Positions 25,221-41,311 of a DNA stretch of 64,000 nucleotides are shown here, one piece after another (position 1 is the stretch's first letter; the number at the start of each line of letters is the position of its first letter). Position numbers and translations under genes: made by a program. This stretch comes from Lingula anatina (lineage: Eukaryota; Animalia; Brachiopoda). The notes beneath the pieces were generated by a model. The model saw nothing but the letters and a program-made list of their open reading frames with translations, was not told where the DNA came from and did not search any database. The DNA is taken from NCBI GenBank assembly GCA_051362555.1, contig CM120644.1, forward strand, positions 2,116,954 through 2,180,953. Direction: 5' to 3'.

Positions 25221-25677
25221 ATGGAATCGAGACACTTGTGCACGTGCAATTCAAATAATATTTTTAATATTTCAATTTAAAACAAGTCTCTTAAAAATTA
25301 CCTAATAAGGAAATGTTGCATGGTGATTTGCATGTTATCACGCAAAAACAATGAAAAAAAAATCAAGTAAATGCATGATTAGTAAGAGTTGTTTAAAAAC
25401 AGAGTCGGTGAATAAATTTTTGAAAGCTCCACTATAACGTTGCTTTAGATACGAAAATTAATGGCATTAATCCTTTAAATATAATTAAAAGGTGTTGTTT
25501 TTCTCATTACGTACATAAAATTGACGTGGAACGTACAGTGTTATTCTACAAAAGTGACTTTGAATGATTAAAGCTGGCGCAACATTTCGGAAAAGATGTT
25601 TTAAGTCAATGTCTAATACTGCAGGGAAGGCATTTAATTGACAATATTTACATTATAATTCCAGTAAGATAAACGGA

Positions 25678-28600
25678 ATGATGCATTGTGCAAGAAACAT
25701 CCTACAGATAACCACAATTTTAATAATTTCTACCGAACAATATAACACAACAAATACGGCTAGAGTGATACCTACAGGTGACGGTAAGAGCGCTGCCCCT
25801 ACAACAACGACGTCTACTGAAAAAACAACAGGTGAAGGTGATACCTCTGCCCCTACAACAACGACGTCTACTGTGAAAACTACAGGTGAAGGTGATACCT
25901 CTACCCCTACAACAACGACGTCTACTGTGAAAACTGCAGGTGAAGGTGATACCTCTGCCAAGACAACAACGACATCTACTGTGAAAACAACGTCTACTGT
26001 GAAAACAACAGGTGAAGTTGATATCTCTGCCTCTACAACAACGACATCTACTATGAAAACAACGTCTACTGTAAAAACAACAGGTGAAGGTGATACCTCT
26101 GCACCGAAAACAACGACGTCTACTGTGAAAACTACAGGTGAAGGTGATACCTCTGCCCCTACAACAACGACGTCTACTGTAAAAACTACAGGTGAAGGTG
26201 ACACCTCTACCCAGAAAACAACGACGTCTTCTGTAAAGACTACTGGTGAAGTTGATACCGCAGCCCCTACAAAAACGAAATCTACTGTGATAACTACAGG
26301 TGAAGGTGATACCTCTGCCCCTACAACAACGACATCTACTGTGAAAACAACAGGTGAAGGTGATACCTCTGACCCTACAACAACGACGTCTAATGTGAAA
26401 ACTACAGGTGAAGGTGATACCTCTTCCCCTACAACAACAACGTCTTCTGTAAAAACTACAGGTGAAGGTGATACCTCTGCCCCTACAACAACGACGTCTA
26501 CTGTACAAACTACAGGTGAAGGTGATACCTCTGCCCCAAAAACAACGACGTCTACTGTAAAAACTACAGGTGAAGGTGATACCTCTGCCCCTACAACAAC
26601 GACGTCTACTGTAAAAACTACAGGTGAAGGTGATACCTCTGCCCCTACAACAACAACGTCTACTGTACAAACTACAGGTGAAGGTGATACCTCTGCCCCT
26701 ACAACAACGACGTCTACTGTACAAACTACAGGTGAAGGTGATACCTCTGCCCCTACAACAACGACGTCTACTGTACAAACTACAGGTGAACGTGATACTT
26801 CTGCCCCTACAACAACGACGTCTACTGTAAAAACTACAGGTGAAGGTGATACCTCTGCCCCTACAACAAGGACGTCTACTGTGAAAACTACAGGTGAACG
26901 TGATACCTCTGCCCCTATAACAACTATGTCTACAGTGAAAACTACAGGTGAAAGTGATACCTCTGACCCTTCAACAACGACGTCTACTGTAAAAGATACA
27001 GGTGAAGGTGATTCATCTGCCCCTACAACAACAACGTCTACTGTACAAACTACAGGTGAAGGTGATACCTCTGCCCCTACAACAACGACGTCTACTGTAA
27101 AAACTACAGGTGAAGGTGATACCTCTGCCCCTACAACAACAACGTCTACTGTGAAAACTACAGGTGAATGTGATACATCTGCCCCAACAACAACAACGAC
27201 TTCTGTGAAAACTACAGGTGAAGGTGATACAACTGCTCCTACAACAATGACGTATACTGTACAAACTACAGGTGAAGGTGATACGTCTGCCCCTACAACA
27301 ACGATGTCTACTGTAAAAACTACAGGTGAAGGTGATACCTCTGCCCCTACAACAACGACGTCTACTGTAAAAACTACAGGTGAAGGTGACACCTCTACCC
27401 AGAAAACAACGACGTCTTCTGTAAAGACTACTGGTGAAGTTGATACCGCAGCCCCTACAAAAACGAAATCTACTGTGATAACTACAGGTGAAGGTGATAC
27501 CTCTGCCCCTACAACAACGACATCTACTGTGAAAACAACAGGTGAAGGTGATACCTCTGCCCCTACAACAACGACGTCTACTGTGAAAACTACGACGTCT
27601 TCTGTAAAGACTACAGGTGAAGGTGACACCTCTGCCCCTACAACAACGACGTCTACTGTGAAAACTACAGGTGAAGGTGATACCTCTTCCCCTACAACAA
27701 CAACGTCTTCTGTAAAAACTACAGGTGAAGGTGATACCTCTGCCCCTACAACAACGACGTCTACTGTACAAACTACAGGTGAAAGTGATACCTCTGCCCC
27801 TACAACAACGACGTCTACTGTAAAAACTACAGGTGAAGGTGATACCTCTGCCCCTACAACAACGACGTCTACTGTACAAACTACAGGTGAACGTGATACT
27901 TCTGCCCCTACAACAACGACGTCTACTGTAAAAACTACAGGTGAAGGTGATACCTCTGCCCCTATAACAACTATGTCTACAGTGAAAACTACAGGTGAAG
28001 GTGATACCTCTGCCCCTTCAACAACGACGTCTACTGTAAAAGATACAGGTGAAGGTGATTCATCTGCCCCTACAACAACGACGTCTACTGTACAAACTAC
28101 AGTTGAAGGTGATACCTCTGCCCCTACAACAACGACGTCTACTGTAAAAACTACAGGTGAAGGTGATACCTCTGCCCCTACAACAACGACGTCTACTGTA
28201 AAAACTACAGGTGAAGGTGATACCTCTGCCCCTACAACAACAACGTCTACTGTGAAAACTACAGGTGAGTTTAAATACATCTGCCCCAACAACAACAACG
28301 ATTTCTGTGAAAACTACAGGTGAAGGTGATACAACTGCTCCTACAACAATGACGTATACTGTACAAACTACAGGTGAAGGTGATACGTCTGCCCCTACAA
28401 CAACGATGTCTACTGTAAAAACTACAGGTGAAGGTGATACCTCTGCCCCTACAACAACGACGTCTATTGTACAAACTACAGATGAAGGTGATACCTCTGA
28501 CCCAACAACAACGACGTCTGTTACTACTGTACAAACTACAGGTGAAGATGATACCTCTGCCCCTACAACAACGACGTCTACTGTGAAAACTACAGGTGAA

Positions 28601-31600
28601 GGTGATACCTCTGCCCCTACAACAACGACGTCTACTGTACAAACTACAGGTGAACGTGATACCTCTGCCCCTAAAACAACGACGTCTACTGTACAAACTA
28701 CAGGTGAAGGTGATACCTCTGCCCCTACAACAACGACGTCTATTGTAAAAACTACAGGTGAAGGTGACACCTCTACCCAGAAAACAACGACGTCTTCTGT
28801 AAAGACTACTGGTGAAGTTGATACCGCAGCCCCTACAAAAACGAAATCTACTGTGATAACTACAGGTGAAGGTGATACCTCTGCCCCTACAACAACGACA
28901 TCTACTGTGAAAACAACAGGTGAAGGTGATACCTCTGCCCCTACAACAACGACGTCTACTGTGAAAACTACGACGTCTTCTGTAAAGACTACAGGTGAAG
29001 GTGACACCTCTGCCCCTACAACAACGACGTCTACTGTGAAAACTACAGGTGAAGGTGATACCTCTTCCCCTACAACAACAACGTCTTCTGTAAAAACTAC
29101 AGGTGAAGGTGATACCTCTGCCCCTACAACAACGACGTCTACTGTACAAACTACAGGTGAAGGTGATACCTCTGCCCCTACAACAATGACGTCTACTGTA
29201 AAAACTACAGGTGAAGGTGATACCTCTGCCCCTACAACAACTACGTCTACTGTAAAAACTAGAGGTGAAGGTGATACCTCTGCCTCTACAACAACAACGT
29301 CTACTGTAAAAACTACAGATGAAGGTGATACCTCTGCCCCTACAACAAGGACGTCTACTTTGAAAACTACAAGTGAACGTGATACCTCTGCCCCTATAAC
29401 AACTATGTCTACAGTGAAAACTACAGGTGAAGGTGATACCTCTTCCCCTACAACAACGACGTCTAATGTACAAACTACAGGTGAAGGTGATACCTCTGCC
29501 CCTACAACAACGACGTCTACTGTAAAAACTACAGGTGAAGGTGATACCTCTGCCCCTACAACAACAACATCTACTGTGAAAACTACAGGTGTATGTGATA
29601 CATCTGCCCCAACAACAACAACGACTTCTGTGAAAACTACAGGTGAAGGTGATACAACTGCTCCTACAACAATGACGTATACTGTACAAACTACAGGTGA
29701 AGGTGATACGTCTGCCCCTGCAACAACGACGTCTACTGTAAAAACTACAGGTGAAGGTGATACCTCTGCCCCTACAACAACGACGTCTATTGTACAAACT
29801 ACAGGTGAAGGTGATACCTCTTCCCCTTCAACAACGACGTCTACTGTACAAACTACAGGTGAACGTGATACCTCTGCCCCTAAAACAACGACGACTACTG
29901 TACAAACTACAGGTGAAGGTGATACCTCTGCCCCTACAACAACGACGTCTACTGTAAAAACTACAGGTGAAGGTGACACCTCTACCCAGAAAACAACGAC
30001 GTCTTCTGTAAAGACTACTGGTGAAGTTGATACCGCAGCCCCTACAAAAACGAAATCTACTGTGATAACTTCAGGTGAAGGTGATACCTCTGCCCCTACA
30101 ACAACGACATCTACTGTGAAAACAACAGGTGAAGGTGATACCTCTGCCCCTACAACAACGACGTCTACTGTGAAAACTACGACGTCTTCTGTGAAAACTA
30201 CAGGTGAAGGTGATACCTCTTCCCCTACAACAACAACGTCTTCTGTAAAAACTACAGGTGAGGGTGATACCTCTGCCCCTACAACAACGACGTCTACTGT
30301 ACAAACTACAGGTGAAGGTGATACCTCTGCCCCTAAAACAACGACGTCTACTGTGAAAACTACAGGTGAAGGTGATACCTCTGCCCCTACAACAACGACG
30401 TCTACTGTGAACACTACAGGTGAAGGTGATAGCTCTGCCCCTACAACAACGACGTCTACTGTGAAAACTACAGGTGAAGGTGATACCTCTGCCCCTAAAA
30501 CAACGACGTCTACTGTAAAAACTACAGGTGAAGGTGATACCTCTGCCCCTACAACAACGACGTCTACTGTGAAAACTACAGGTGAAGGTGATAGCTCTGC
30601 CCCTACAACAACGACGTCTACTGTGAAAACTACAGGTGAAGGTGATACCTCTGCCCCTAAAACAACGACGTCTACTGTAAAAACTACAGGTGAAGGTGAT
30701 ACCTCTGCCCCTACAACAACGACGTCTACTGTGAAAACTAAAACTACAGGTGAAGGTGATACCTCTGCCCCTACAACAACGATGTCTACTGTGAAAACTA
30801 CAGGTGAAGGTGATACCTCTGCCCCTACAACAACGACGTCTACTGTGAAAACTACAGGTGAAGGTGATACCTCTGCCCCTACAACAATGACGTCTATTGT
30901 GAAAACTACAGGTGAAAGTGATACCTCTGTCCCTACAACAACGACGTCTACTGTTCAAACTACAGGTGAATGTGATACCTCTGCCCCTACAACAACGACG
31001 TCTACTGTGAAAACTACAGGTGAAGGTGATACCTCTGCCCCTACAACAACGACGTCTACTAGGAAAACTACAGGTGAAGGTGATACCTCTGCCCCTACAA
31101 CAACGACGTCTACTGTACAAACTACAGGTGAAGGTGATACCTCTGCCCCTACAACAACGACGTCTGTTACTACTGTACAAACTACAGGTGAAGATGATAC
31201 CTCTGCCCCTACAATAACGACGTCTACTGTACCAACTACAGGTGAAGGTGATACCTCTGCCCCTAAAACAACGACGTCTACTGTACAAACTACAGGTGAA
31301 GGTGATACCTCTGCCCCTACAACAACAACGTCTACTGTGAAAACTACAGGTGAAGGTGACACCTCTACCCAGAAAACAACAACGTCTTCTGTAAAGACTA
31401 CTGGTGAAGTTGATACCGCAGCCCCTACAAAAACGAAATATACTGTGATAACTACAGGTGAAGGTGATACCTCTGCCCCTACAACAACGACATCTACTGT
31501 GAAAACAACAGGTGAAGGTGATACCTCTGCCCCTACAACAACGACGTCTACTGTGAAAACTACGACGTCTTCTGTGAAAACTACAGGTGAAGGTGATACC

Positions 31601-34600
31601 TCTTCCCCTACAACAACAACGTCTTCTGTAAAAACTACAGGTGAAGGTGATACCTCTGCCCCTACAACAACGACGTCTACTGTACAAACTACAGGTGAAG
31701 GTGATACCTCTGCCCCTACAACAACGACGTCTATTGTAAAAACTACAGGTGAAGGTGATACCTCTACCCCTTCAACAACGACGTCTACTGTACAAACTAC
31801 AGGTGAAGGTGATACCTCTGCCCCTACAACAACAACGTCTACTGTAAAAACTACAGGTGAAGGTGATACCTCTGCCCCTACAACAACAACGTCTACTGTA
31901 AAAACTACAGGTGAAGGTGATACTTCTGCCCCTACAACAACGACGTCTACTTTACAAACTACAGGTGAAGGTGATACCTCTGCCCCAACAACAACGACGT
32001 CTGTTACTACTGTACAAACTACAGGTGAAGGTGATACCTCTGCCTCTACAACAACGACGTCTATTGTACAAACTACAGGTGAAGGTGAGACCTCTGCCCT
32101 TTCAACGAAGTCTGTTACTACTATACAAACTACAGGTGAAGGTGATACCTCTGCCTCTACAACAACGACGTCTACTGTACAAACTACAGGTGAATGTGAT
32201 ACCTCTGCCCCTACAACAACGACGTCTACTATGAAAACTACAGGTGAAGGTGATACCTCTTCCCCTACAACAACGACGTCTACTAGGAAAACTACAGGTG
32301 AAGGTGATACCTCTGCCCCTACAACAACGACGTCTACTGTACAAACTACAGGTGAAGGTGATACCTCTGCCCTTACAACAACGACGTCTACCGTGAAAAC
32401 TACAGGTGAAGGTGATACCTCTGCCCCTACAACAACGACGTCTACTGTAGAAACTACAGGTGAAGGTGATACCTCTGCACCTACAACAATGACGTCTACT
32501 GTGAAAACTACAGGTGAAGGTGATACCTCTGCCCCTACAACAACGACGTCTACTGTGAAAACTACAGGTGAAGGTGATACCTCTGCCCCTACAACAATGA
32601 CGTCTACTGTGAAAAATACAGGTGAAGGTGATACCTCTGCCCCTACAACAACGACGTCTACTGTACAAACTACAGGTGAAGGTGATACCTCTACCCCTAC
32701 AACAACGACGTCTACTGTAAAAACTACAGGTGAAGGTGATACCTCTGCCCCTACAACAACGACGTCTGTTACTACTGTACAAACTACAGGTGAAGGTGAT
32801 ACCTCTGCCCCAACAACAACGATGTCTGTTACTACTGTACAAACTACAGGTGAAGGTGATACCGCTGCCCCTACAACAATGATGTCTACAGTGAAAACTA
32901 CAGGTGAAGGTGATACTTCTGTCCCTACAACAACGACGTCTACTGTACAAACTACAGGTGAAGGTGATACCTCTGCCCCTTCAACAACGACGTCTACTGT
33001 ACAAACTACAGGTGAAGGTGATACCTCTGCCCCTACAACAACAACGTCTACTGTAAAAACTACAGGTGAAGGTGATACCTCTGCCCCTACAACAACAACG
33101 TCTACTGTAAAAACTACAGGTGAAAGTGAAACCTCTGCCCCTACAACAACGACGTCTACTGTACAAACTACAGGTGAAGGTGAAACCTCTGCCCCTACAA
33201 AAACGACTTCTACTGTACAAACTACAGGTAAAGGTGATACCTCTGCCCCTACAACAACGATGTCTACTGTAAAAACTACAGGTGAAGGTGATACCTCTGC
33301 CCCTACAACAACGACGTCTACTTTACAAACTACAGGTGAAGGTGATACCTCTGCCCCTACAACAACGACGTCTACTGTGAAAACTACAGGTGAAGGTGAT
33401 ACCTCTGCCCCTACAACAACGATGTCTACTGTGAAAACTACAGGTGAAGGTGATACCTCTGCCCCTACAACAACGACGTCTACTGTGAAAACTACAGGTG
33501 AAGGTGATACCTCTGCCCCTACAACAACGACATCTACTGTAAAAACTACAGGTGAAGGTGATAACTCTGCCCCTACAACAACGACGTCTACTGTACAAAC
33601 TACAGGTGAAGGTGATACCTCTGCCCTTACAACAACGACGTCTACCGTGAAAACTACAGGTGAAGGTGATACCTCTGCCCCTACAACAACGACGTCTACT
33701 GTACAAACTACAGGTGAAGGTGATACCTCTGCACCTACAACAATGACGTCTACTGTGAAAACTACAGGTGAAGGTGATACCTCTGCCCCTACAACAATGT
33801 CGTCTACTGTGAAAACTACAGGTGAAGGTGATACCTCTGCCCCTACAACAATGACGTCTACTGTGAAAAATACAGGTGAAGGTGATACCTCTGCCCCTAC
33901 AACAACGACGTCTACTGTACAAACTACAGGTGAAGGTGATACCTCTGCCCCTACATCAACGACGTCTACTGTAAAAACTACAGGTGAAGGTGATACCTCT
34001 GCCCCTACAACAACGACGTCTGTTACTACTGTACAAACTACAGGTGAAGGTGATACCTCTGCCCCAACAACAACGATGTCTGTTACTACTGTACAAACTA
34101 CAGGTGAAGGTGATACCGCTGCCCCTACAACAATGATGTCTACTGTGAAAACTACAGGTGAAGGTGATACTTCTGTCCCTACAACAACGACGTCTACTGT
34201 ACAAACTACAGGTGAAGGTGATACCTCTGCCCATACAACAACGACGTCTACTGTAAAAACTACAGGTGAGGGTGATACCTCTGCCCCTACAACAACGACG
34301 TCTACTGTACAAACTACAGGTGAAGGTGAAACCTCTGCCCCTACAAAAACGACTTCTACTGTAAAAACTACAGGTGAAGGTGATACCTCTACCCCTTCAA
34401 CAACGACGTCAACTGTACAAACTACAGGTGAAGGTGATACCTCTGCCCCTACAACAACAACGTCTACTGTAAAAACTACAGGTGAAGGTGATACCTCTGC
34501 CCCTACAACAACAACTTCTACTGTAAAAACTATAGGTGAAGGTGAAACCTCTGCCCCTACAACAATGACGTCTACTGTACAAACTACAGGTGAAGGTGAA

Positions 34601-37600
34601 ACCTCTGCCCCTACAACAACGACGTCTACTAGGAAAACTACAGGTAAAGGTGATACCTCTGCCCCTACAACAACGACGTCTACTGTACAAACTACAGGTG
34701 AAGGTGATACCTCTGCCCCTACAACAACGACGTCTGTTACTACTGTACAAACTACAGGTGAAGATGATACCTCTGCCCCTACAACAACGACGTCTACTGT
34801 GAAAACTACAGGTGAAGGTGATACCTCTGCCCCTACAACAACGACGTCTACTGTGAAAACTACAGGTGAAGGTGATACCTCTGCCCCTTCAACAACGACG
34901 TCTACTGTACAAACTACAGGTGAAGGTGATACCTCTACCCCTACAACAACTATGTCTGCTGTGAAAACTACAGGTGAAGATGATACCTCTGCCCCTACAA
35001 CAACGACGTCTACTGTGAAAACTACAGGTGAAGGTGATACCTCTGCCCCTTCAACAACGACGTCTACTGTACAAACTACAGGTGAAGGTGATACCTCTAC
35101 CCCTACAACAACGACGTCTACTGTCCAAACTACAGGTGAAGGTGATACCTCTTCCCCTACAACAACGACGTCTACTGTCCAAACTACAGGTGAAGGAGAT
35201 ACCTCTGCCCCTACAACAACGATGTCTACTGTACAAACTACAGGTGAAGGTGATACCTCTGCCCCTACAACAACGACGTCTACTGTACAAACTACAGGTG
35301 AAGGTGATACCTCTGCCCCTACAACAACGACGTCTACTGTACAAACTGCAGGTGAAGGTGATACCTCTGCCCCTACAACAACGACGTCTACTGTACAAAC
35401 TACAGGTGAAGGTGATACCTCTGCCCCTACAACAACGACGTCTACTGTCCAAACTACAGGTGAAGGTGATACCTCTGCCCCTACAACAACGACGTCTACT
35501 GTCCAAACTACAGGTGAAGGAGATACCTCTGCCCCTACAACAACGATGTCTACTGTACAAACTACAGGTGAACGTGATACTGCTGCCCCTACAACAACAA
35601 CGTGTACTGTACAAACTACAGGTGAAGGTGATACCTCTGCCCCTACAACAACGACGTCTACTGTGAAAACTACAGGTGAAGGTGATACCTCTGCCCCTTC
35701 AACAACGACGTCTACTGTACAAACTACAGGTGAAGGTGATACCTCTACCCCTACAACAACGATGTCTGCTGTGAAAACTACAGGTGAAGATGATACCTCT
35801 GCCCCTACAACAACGACGTCTACTGAGAAAACTACAGGTGAAGATGATACCTCTGCCCCTACAACAACGACGTCTACTGTGAAAACTACAGGTGAAGGTG
35901 ATACCTCTGCCCCTACAACAACGACATCCACTGTAAAAATTACAGGTGAAGGTGATACCTCTGCCCCTACAACAACGACGTCTACTGTGAAAACTACAGG
36001 TGAAGGTGATACCTCTGCCCCTATAACAACGACGTCTACTGTGAAAACTACAGGTGAAGGTGATACCTCTGCCCCTACAACAACGAAGTCTACTGTGAAC
36101 ACTACAGGTGAAGGTGATACCTCTGCCCCTACAACAACGATGTCTACTGTACAAACTACAGGTGAAGGTGATACCTCTACCCCTACAACAACGACGTCTA
36201 CTGTGAAAACTACAGGTGAAGATGATACCTCTGCCCCCACAACAACAACGTCTGTTACTACTGTACAAACTACAGGTGATGGTGATACCTCTGCCCCTAC
36301 AACAACGACATCTACTGTAAAAACTTCAGGTGAAGGTGATACCTCTACCCCTACAACAACGACGTCTACTGAACAAACTACAGATGAAGGTGATACCTCT
36401 GCCCCAACAACAACGATGTCTACTGTGAAAACTACAGGTGAAGATGATACCTCTGCCCCTACAACAATGACGTCTACTGTGAAAACTACAGGTGAAGGTG
36501 ATACCTTTGCCCCTACAACAACGACATCTACTGTAAAAACTACAGGTGAAGGTGATAACTCTGCCCCTACAACAACGACGTCTACTGTACAAACTACAGG
36601 TGAAGGTGATACCTCTGCCCTTACAACAACGACGTCTACCGTGAAAACTACAGGTGAAGGTGATACCTCTGCCCCTACAACAACGACGTCTACTGTACAA
36701 ACTACAGGTGAAGGTGATACCTCTGCCCCTACAACAACGACGTCTACTGTAAAAACTACAGGTGAAGGTGATACCTCTGCCCCTACAACAACGATGTCTG
36801 TTACTACTGTACAAACTACAGGTGAAGGTGATACCTCTGCCCCAACAACAACGATGTCTGTTACTACTGTACAAACTACAGGTGAAGGTGATACCGCTGC
36901 CCCTACAAAATGATGTCTACTGTGAAAACTACAGGTGAAGGTGATACTTCTGTCCCTACAACAACGACGTCTACTGTACAAACTACAGGTGAAGGTGATA
37001 CCTCTGCCCATACAACAACGACGTCTACTGTAAAAACTACAGGTGAGGGTGATACCTCTGCCCCTACAACAACGACGTCTACTGTACAAACTACAGGTGA
37101 AGGTGAAACCTCTGCCCCTACAAAAACGACTTCTACTGTAAAAACTACAGGTGAAGGTGATACCTCTACCCCTTCAACAACGACGTCTACTGTACAAACT
37201 ACAGGTGAAGGTGATACCTCTGCCCCTACAACAACAACGTCTACTGTAAAAACTACAGGTGAAGGTGATACCTCTGCCCCTACAACAACAACTTCTACTG
37301 TAAAAACTATAGGTGAAGGTGAAACCTCTGCCCCTACAACAACGACGTCTACTGTACAAACTACAGGTGAAGGTGAAACCTCTGCCCCTACAAAAACGAC
37401 TTCTACTGTACAAACTACAGGTAAAGGTGATACCTCTGCCCCTACAACAACGATGTCTACTGTAAAAACTACAGGTGAAGGTGATACCTCTGCCCCTACA
37501 ACAACGACGTCTACTGTGAAAACTACAGGTGAAGGTGATACCTCTGCCCCTACAACAACGACGTCTACTGTGAAAACTACAGGTGAAGGTGATACCTCTG

Positions 37601-40600
37601 CCCCTACAACAACGACGTCTACTGTGAAAACTACAGGTGAAGGTGATACCTCTGCCCCTTCAACAACGACGTCTACTGTACAAACTACAGGTGAAGGTGA
37701 TACCTCTACCCCTACAACAACGATGTCTGCTGTGAAAACTACAGGTGAAGATGATACCTCTGCCCCTACAACAACGACGTCTACTGAGAAAACTACAGGT
37801 GAAGATGATACCTCTGCCCCTACAACAACGACGTCTACTGTGAAAACTACAGGTGAAGGTGATACCTCTGCCCCTACAACAACGACGTCTACTGTACAAA
37901 CTACAGGTGAAGGTGATACCTCTGTCCCTACAACACTGACGTCTACTGTACAAACTGCAGGTGAAGGTGATACCTCTGCCCCTACAACAACGACGTCTAC
38001 TGTACAAACTACAGGTGAAGGTGATACCTCTGCCCCTACAACAACGACGTCTACTGTCCAAACTACAGGTGAAGGTGATACCTCTGCCCCTACAACAACG
38101 ACGTCTACTGTCCAAACTACAGGTGAAGGAGATACCTCTGCCCCTACAACATCGACGTCTACTGTACAAACTACAGGTGAAGGTGATACCTCTGCCCCTA
38201 CAACAACGACGTCTACTGTACAAACTACAGGTGAAGGTGATACCTCTGCCCCTACAACAACGACGTCTACTGTACAAACTGCAGGTGAAGGTGATACCTC
38301 TGCCCCTACAACAACGACGTCTACTGTACAAACTACAGGTGAAGGTGATACCTCTGCCCCTACAACAACGACGTCTACTGTCCAAACTACAGGTGAAGGT
38401 GATACCTCTGCCCCTACAACAACGACGTCTACTGTCCAAACTACAGGTGAAGGAGATACCTCTGCCCCTACAACAACGACGTCTACTGTACAAACTACAG
38501 GTGAACGTGATACCGCTGCCCCTACAACAACAACGTGTACTGTACAAACTACAGGTGAAGGTGATACCTCTGCCCCTACAACAACGACGTCTACTGTGAA
38601 AACTACAGGTGAAGGTGATACCTCTGCCCCTTCAACAACGACGTCTACTGTACAAACTACAGGTGAAGGTGATACCTCTACCCCTACAACAACGATGTCT
38701 GCTGTGAAAACTACAGGTGAAGATGATACCTCTGCCCCTACAACAACGACGTCTACTGAGAAAACTACAGGTGAAGATGATACCTCTGCCCCTACAACAA
38801 CGACGTCTACTGTGAAAACTACAGGTGAAGGTGATACCTCTGCCCCTACAACAACGACATCCACTGTAAAAATTACAGGTGAAGGTGATACCTCTGCCCC
38901 TACAACAACGACGTCAACTGTGAAAACTACAGGTGAAGGTGATACCTCTGCCCCTACAACAACGACGTCTACTGTGAAAACTACAGGTGAAGGTGATACC
39001 TCTGCCCCTACAACAACGAAGTCTACTGTCCAAACTACAGGTGAAGGTGATACCTCTGCCCCTACAACAACGACGTCTACTGTCCAAACTACAGGTGAAG
39101 GAGATACCTCTGCCCCTACAACAACGACGTCTACTGTACAAACTACAGGTGAACGTGATACCGCTGCCCCTACAACAACAACGTGTACTGTACAAACTAC
39201 AGGTGAAGGTGATACCTCTGCCCCTACAACAACGACGTCTACTGTGAAAACTACAGGTGAAGGTGATACCTCTGCCCCTTCAACAACGACGTCTACTGTA
39301 CAAACTACAGGTGAAGGTGATACCTCTACCCCTACAACAACGATGTCTGCTGTGAAAACTACAGGTGAAGATGATACCTCTGCCCCTACAACAACGACGT
39401 CTACTGAGAAAACTACAGGTGAAGATGATACCTCTGCCCCTACAACAACGACGTCTACTGTGAAAACTACAGGTGAAGGTGATACCTCTGCCCCTACAAC
39501 AACGACATCCACTGTAAAAATTACAGGTGAAGGTGATACCTCTGCCCCTACAACAACGACGTCTACTGTGAAAACTACAGGTGAAGGTGATACCTCTGCC
39601 CCTACAACAACGACGTCTACTGTGAAAACTACAGGTGAAGGTGATACCTCTGCCCCTACAACAACGAAGTCTACTGTGAACACTACAGGTGAAGGTGATA
39701 CCTCTGCCCCTACAACAACGACGTCTACTGTACAAACTACAGGTGAAGGTGATACCTCTGCCCCTACAACAACGACGTCTACTGTACAAACTACAGGTGA
39801 AGGTGATACCTCTGCCCCTACAACAACGACGTCTACTGTACAAACTGCAGGTGAAGGTGATACCTCTGCCCCTACAACAACGACGTCTACTGTACAAACT
39901 ACAGGTGAAGGTGATACCTCTGCCCCTACAACAACGACGTCTACTGTCCAAACTACAGGTGAAGGTGATACCTCTGCCCCTACAACAACGACGTCTACTG
40001 TCCAAACTACAGGTGAAGGTGATACCTCTGCCCCTACAACAACGACGTCTACTGTCCAAACTACAGGTGAAGGAGATACCTCTGCCCCTACAACAACGAC
40101 GTCTACTGTACAAACTACAGGTGAAGGTGATACCTCTGCCCCTACAACAACGACGTCTACTGTACAAACTACAGGTGAAGGTGATACCTCTGCCCCTACA
40201 ACAACGACGTCTACTGTACAAACTGCAGGTGAAGGTGATACCTCTGCCCCTACAACAACGACGTCTACTGTACAAACTACAGGTGAAAGTGATACCTCTG
40301 CCCCTACAACAACGACGTCTACTGTCCAAACTACAGGTGAAGGTGATACCTCTGCCACTACAACAACGACGTCTACTGTCCAAACTACAGGTGAAGGAGA
40401 TACCTCTGCCCCTACAACAACGACGTCTACTGTACAAACTACAGGTGAACGTGATACCGCTGCCCCTACAACAACAACGTGTACTGTACAAACTACAGGT
40501 GAAGGTGATACCTCTGCCCCTACAACAACGACGTCTACTGTGAAAACTACAGGTGAAGGTGATACCTCTGCCCCTTCAACAACGACGTCTACTGTACAAA

Positions 40601-41311
40601 CTACAGGTGAAGGTGATACCTCTACCCCTACAACAACGATGTCTGCTGTGAAAACTACAGGTGAAGATGATACCTCTGCCCCTACAACAACGACGTCTAC
40701 TGAGAAAACTACAGGTGAAGATGATACCTCTGCCCCTACAACAACGACGTCTACTGTGAAAACTACAGGTGAAGGTGATACCTCTGCCCCTACAACAACG
40801 ACGTCTACTGTGAAAACTACAGGTGAAGGTGATACCTCTGCCCCTACAACAACGAAGTCTACTGTGAACACTACAGGTGAAGGTGATACCTCTGCCCCTA
40901 CAACAACGATGTCTACTGTACAAACTACAGGTGAAGGTGATACCTCTACCCCTACAACAACGACGTCTACTGTGAAAACTACAGGTGAAGATGATACCTC
41001 TGCCTCCACAACAACAACGTCTGTTACTACTGTACAAACTACAGGTGATGGTGATACCTCTGCCCCTACAACAACGACATCTACTGTAAAAACTTCAGGT
41101 GAAGGTGATACCTCTACCCCTACAACAACGACGTCTACTGAACAAACTACAGATGAAGGTGATACCTCTGCCCCAACAACAACGATGTCTACTGTGAAAA
41201 CTACAGGTGAAGATGATACCTCTGCCCCTACAACAATGACGTCTACTGTGAAAACTACAGGTGAAGGTGATACCTTTGCCCCTACAACAACGACGACTAC
41301 TGTGAAAACTA
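25678..41311 (+). CDS. Mucin gene 2, 5' part of the giant PTS exon (frameshifts near 28270 and 36908; interrupted by an insertion at 41312)
   Basis: Acceptor ttccAG ends at 25664; ATG at 25678. N-terminus MMHCARNILQITTILII resembles that of mucin 1. ORFs 25678-28323, 28265-36913 and 36910-41361 all encode (TTGEGDTSAPTTTTSTVK)n. Confidence 0.75.
25770..41311 (+). repeat. 54-bp coding tandem repeat array, left block (about 290 units)
   Basis: Unit actacaggtgaaggtgatacctctgcccctacaacaacgacgtctactgtgaaa. Confidence 0.97.
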
